DNA from: an uncultured Acidobacteriota bacterium
GTDB taxonomy: Bacteria > Acidobacteriota > Thermoanaerobaculia > Multivoradales > SZUA-115
Assembly: GCA_963805975.1 (NCBI GenBank)
Contig: CAWDVR010000004.1
Location: forward strand, 320,001-384,000
Length of the DNA: 64,000 nt
Reading direction: 5' to 3'
Part shown: one piece after another, positions 61,328 to 64,000 of the stretch
Layout: the number at the start of each line of letters is the position of its first letter
How positions within the stretch are numbered: the first letter of the stretch is position 1
Notes under the pieces: model-generated
Seen by the model: the letters and a program-made list of their open reading frames with translations, nothing else
Database searches by the model: none
Told to the model about the DNA's origin: nothing
Translations under genes and position numbers: made by a program

Positions 61328-62449
61328 ATGCCTGATTTCGCCACCGCCACCGAGCGCCTCGCCGAGCTCCGGCGCCGGTGGGAGGAGGATCCCTCCTCCC
61401 CCGTCTTCCTGCAGCTCGCGGAAGAGCACCGCCGCATGGGCCAGACCGACGAGGCCTTGAAGGTGCTCGACGCCGGCCTGGCCAAGAACCCGAGCTACCT
61501 CGCGGCCCAGGTCTCCCGCGGCCGGTGCCTGCTGGACCTGGGACGCACGGCCGAGTCCGTGGCGGCCCTCGAGCCCGTGCTCGAGCGGGACGCGACCCAG
61601 CTCGTGGCGCGGAAGCTCCTGGTCGAAGCCCGGTTGCGGCTGGGCGAGCCGGCCCGGGCCCGGCGGCAGCTCGATCTCTATTCCAACCTCAACCCGAGCG
61701 ATCCCGAGATCGACGCCCTGCGGGACCGTATCCAGGGTCTGATGCTCGCGGACCCTGAGCCTTTGCGGCCCTCGGCCCCGTTGCCGCCCTCGACTCCGGC
61801 GCCGTCCGGGCCTTCGGGACCAGGGCCGCGAGCCGCGGCGCTCACCGCTGTCCCATCGGCTGCGCCCCTGGACCCTCGAGACCCCTTTCCGGACCTCCGT
61901 CCGATGGACCGCCGCCGCCATCTCGGCGGCTTGGCGACCGAGGGGATCTTCGTCCTGGCGCCGGCCGCGGACCCGGAGCCCGTGGCGCCGCCCCCGGAGA
62001 GCGTTCCGGCCTCGGCCCTCGAGGAGACGGCGGCTCAGGAGGACCCTTTCCCCGTGCTCGAGGCCGCCGCCCCGGAAGCCGCGGGCGCCGACGACGAACC
62101 GGAGGCGGCGTCGCCCGGGTCCGGCCCGGACGACGAGACCCTGCCCTTCGTGTCACCGGAGCCGGCGGCTGCTCCCGAAGAGGAGCGGGCGACCGTGACC
62201 TTGGGCGAGCTCTACCTGCGCCAGGGCCACCATGGCGAGGCGGAGAGCATCTTCCTCTCCGTGCTGCGGCAGGACCCGGGCAACGCGCAGGCGCGCTCCG
62301 GCCTGGCGACGCTCGCCCAAGCGGGTCGCGAGGCGGAGCTCGAGCGCGAGACCGAGGCTCCGGGCGAGACGGCGGCGGCCCGCAAGGTACTGGCGCTCGG
62401 GCGCTACCTCACTCGGCTGCGCGCCGGAGTGGAGCGCGATGTTTCTTGA
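61328..62449 (+). CDS. TPR-repeat protein with Pro/acidic linker
   Basis: DPSSPVFLQLAEEHR, P.YLAA..GRCL, TVTLGELYLRQGH. Confidence 0.85.
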   Translation: MPDFATATERLAELRRRWEEDPSSPVFLQLAEEHRRMGQTDEALKVLDAGLAKNPSYLAAQVSRGRCLLDLGRTAESVAALEPVLERDATQLVARKLLVEARLRLGEPARARRQLDLYSNLNPSDPEIDALRDRIQGLMLADPEPLRPSAPLPPSTPAPSGPSGPGPRAAALTAVPSAAPLDPRDPFPDLRPMDRRRHLGGLATEGIFVLAPAADPEPVAPPPESVPASALEETAAQEDPFPVLEAAAPEAAGADDEPEAASPGSGPDDETLPFVSPEPAAAPEEERATVTLGELYLRQGHHGEAESIFLSVLRQDPGNAQARSGLATLAQAGREAELERETEAPGETAAARKVLALGRYLTRLRAGVERDVS

Positions 62450-62798
62450 GCGTCTGAGCAGGATCGGCAACCGGATCCAGGGCGCGATTGCCCTGTCCCT
62501 GGTCGACGAGGACGGGATCTCCGTCGAGTCGATCAACTCGAACCCGGAGCTCGACCTCGAGGTTCTCGCGGCCGAGCTCATCGCGCAGGTCAAGACCATG
62601 CAGGGGGCCTACAGCGAGCTCGCTGCGGGCCGGTTCCGCCAGTGCTCGATCACCACGGACCGCATGACCCTCGTGGTAAGCTCGCTCGGTCAAGGCTATT
62701 ACCTGCTTCTGGTGTTGAACCGGGAAGCGAGCATCGGCCAGGCTCGTTTCGAGCTGCGGCGGGCGCGGCTGCTTCTCGAGCCCGAGCTTGTTGCCTGA
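62439..62798 (+). CDS. Roadblock/LC7 domain protein (MglB/MglC-like)
   Basis: ATG 62439; GAIALSLVDEDGISVE, GYYLLLVL, GQARFELRR. Confidence 0.82.
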   Translation: MFLERLSRIGNRIQGAIALSLVDEDGISVESINSNPELDLEVLAAELIAQVKTMQGAYSELAAGRFRQCSITTDRMTLVVSSLGQGYYLLLVLNREASIGQARFELRRARLLLEPELVA

Positions 62799-62892
62799 GG
62801 CGGCCCGAGACCCGGCACGCCGGATCTCGGGTACCCCAGATCTCGGGTAGCCTGGGGGTTCGTGGCCCCGGCCCTGCTTCAAGGAGAGAGCG

Positions 62893-63390
62893 TTGTTCAC
62901 TTTCGAGCAGATCATCGAGCTCATCGAGCTCGTCGGCAAACGGCAGCTCGGCGGCCTGGAGCTCGAGAAGGCGGGCTTCCGGCTGAAGATCGAAGGGCAG
63001 CCTCCGGCCCCGGTCGCGGCGCCCATGCCGCAGCTCGCCGGCCCGCCGAGCCTGGCGGCCCCCCTCGCTCCGGCAGCTCCCTCGTCGTCGCCGCTCACCG
63101 CTCCCGCACCGGCGGCGAGCGAGGGAGCGGCGGCCAAGCCCAGCGACGGAGCGCATATCCTGACCTCGCCCATCGTCGGCACCTTCTATCGCTCGCCGGC
63201 CCCGGACGCCGACCCCTACGTCGACGTCGGCAGCCGGGTGAGCCGAGGCCAAGTGCTGTGCATCGTCGAGGCCATGAAGCTGATGAACGAGATCGAGTCG
63301 GACGTCGACGGCGTGATCGAGGAGATCTACACCAAGAACGCGCAGCCCGTGGAGTTCGGCGAGCCTCTGTTCGCGATTCGTCCGAGCTAG
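62893..63390 (+). CDS. accB: Acetyl-CoA carboxylase biotin carboxyl carrier protein
   Basis: [26 protein letters not shown]. Confidence 0.96.
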   Translation: MFTFEQIIELIELVGKRQLGGLELEKAGFRLKIEGQPPAPVAAPMPQLAGPPSLAAPLAPAAPSSSPLTAPAPAASEGAAAKPSDGAHILTSPIVGTFYRSPAPDADPYVDVGSRVSRGQVLCIVEAMKLMNEIESDVDGVIEEIYTKNAQPVEFGEPLFAIRPS

Positions 63391-63400
63391 GCCTCTTCCC

Positions 63401-64000
63401 ATGTTCAAGAAGGTCCTGATCGCCAACCGCGGCGAGATCGCGCTGCGGGTCATTCAGGCCTGCCGCGAGCTCGGCATCGCCACCGTCGCGGTGCATTCGA
63501 CCGCCGACCGCGAGAGCCTGCACGTGGTCTACGCGGACGAAGAGGTGTGCATCGGGCCGCCGCCCTCGCCCTCGTCGTACCTCAACATCCCCAGCCTGAT
63601 CGCCGCCGCCGAGATCACGCGCGCCGACGCGGTGCACCCGGGCTACGGTTTCCTCGCCGAGAACGCCCACTTCGCCGAGGTGGTGGCCGAGTGCGGCATG
63701 GCCTGGATCGGCCCGCGGCCGGAGACCATCCGACTGATGGGCGACAAGGCCAAGGCGCGGCAGATGGCGGCCGAGGCCGGCGTGCCGGTGCTCCCCGGCA
63801 GCAAGGAACCGCTCGCCGACGCCGAGGAAGCGGCGCGCATGGCCGCCAGCATCGGCTACCCGGTGATCCTCAAGGCCGCGGCCGGAGGCGGTGGGCGCGG
63901 CATGCGCATCGTGCACGCCGCCGACGCCCTCGAGGGCCAGTTCGGGACTGCCCGGGCCGAGGCGGAGAAGGCCTTCAGCGACGGCTCGATCTACCTCGAG
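63401..64000 (+). CDS. accC: Biotin carboxylase, 5' part; runs off the window end
   Basis: [41 protein letters not shown]. Confidence 0.96.
   Translation, partial: MFKKVLIANRGEIALRVIQACRELGIATVAVHSTADRESLHVVYADEEVCIGPPPSPSSYLNIPSLIAAAEITRADAVHPGYGFLAENAHFAEVVAECGMAWIGPRPETIRLMGDKAKARQMAAEAGVPVLPGSKEPLADAEEAARMAASIGYPVILKAAAGGGGRGMRIVHAADALEGQFGTARAEAEKAFSDGSIYLE

Overview
GC-rich bacterial chromosome segment. The ADOP-type duplicated permease, PQQ-propeller genes and M56/BlaI gene style suggest Acidobacteriota, possibly Thermoanaerobaculia (inference). It holds about 55 mostly housekeeping and envelope genes. These include lon (partial), blaI-M56, a 49-aa histone H1-like protein, an edd-eda-GNAT-pfkA-PP2C-deoxyhypusine-synthase-like run, AlaX, YbdK, polB and mltD. 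Further on are a DUF3516 helicase with a +1 frameshift, vapBC, rluA-like, fkpA, a full Rrf2-sufBCDSU operon, a frameshifted DUF433/DUF5615 TA pair, a LiaF-like/LytS/LytTR operon and TPR-roadblock-accB-accC. I saw no rRNA, tRNA, CRISPR array or transposase. Most notable observations: (1) an orphan gene at 41880-42620 with a repeated 'A(A/P)HV..AV / QxK / VIQR' leader fused to a compositionally distinct unknown C-terminal domain, resembling a contractile-injection-system-type effector; (2) a DUF1800-DUF1501 operon collapsed to about 250 bp of recognisable fragments; (3) a ~130-bp REPIN-like element present twice, plus a second REP-type palindrome inside the suf operon; (4) readable BlaI, Rrf2 and LytTR operator candidates. 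All family calls come from motif recognition by eye, not database searches.
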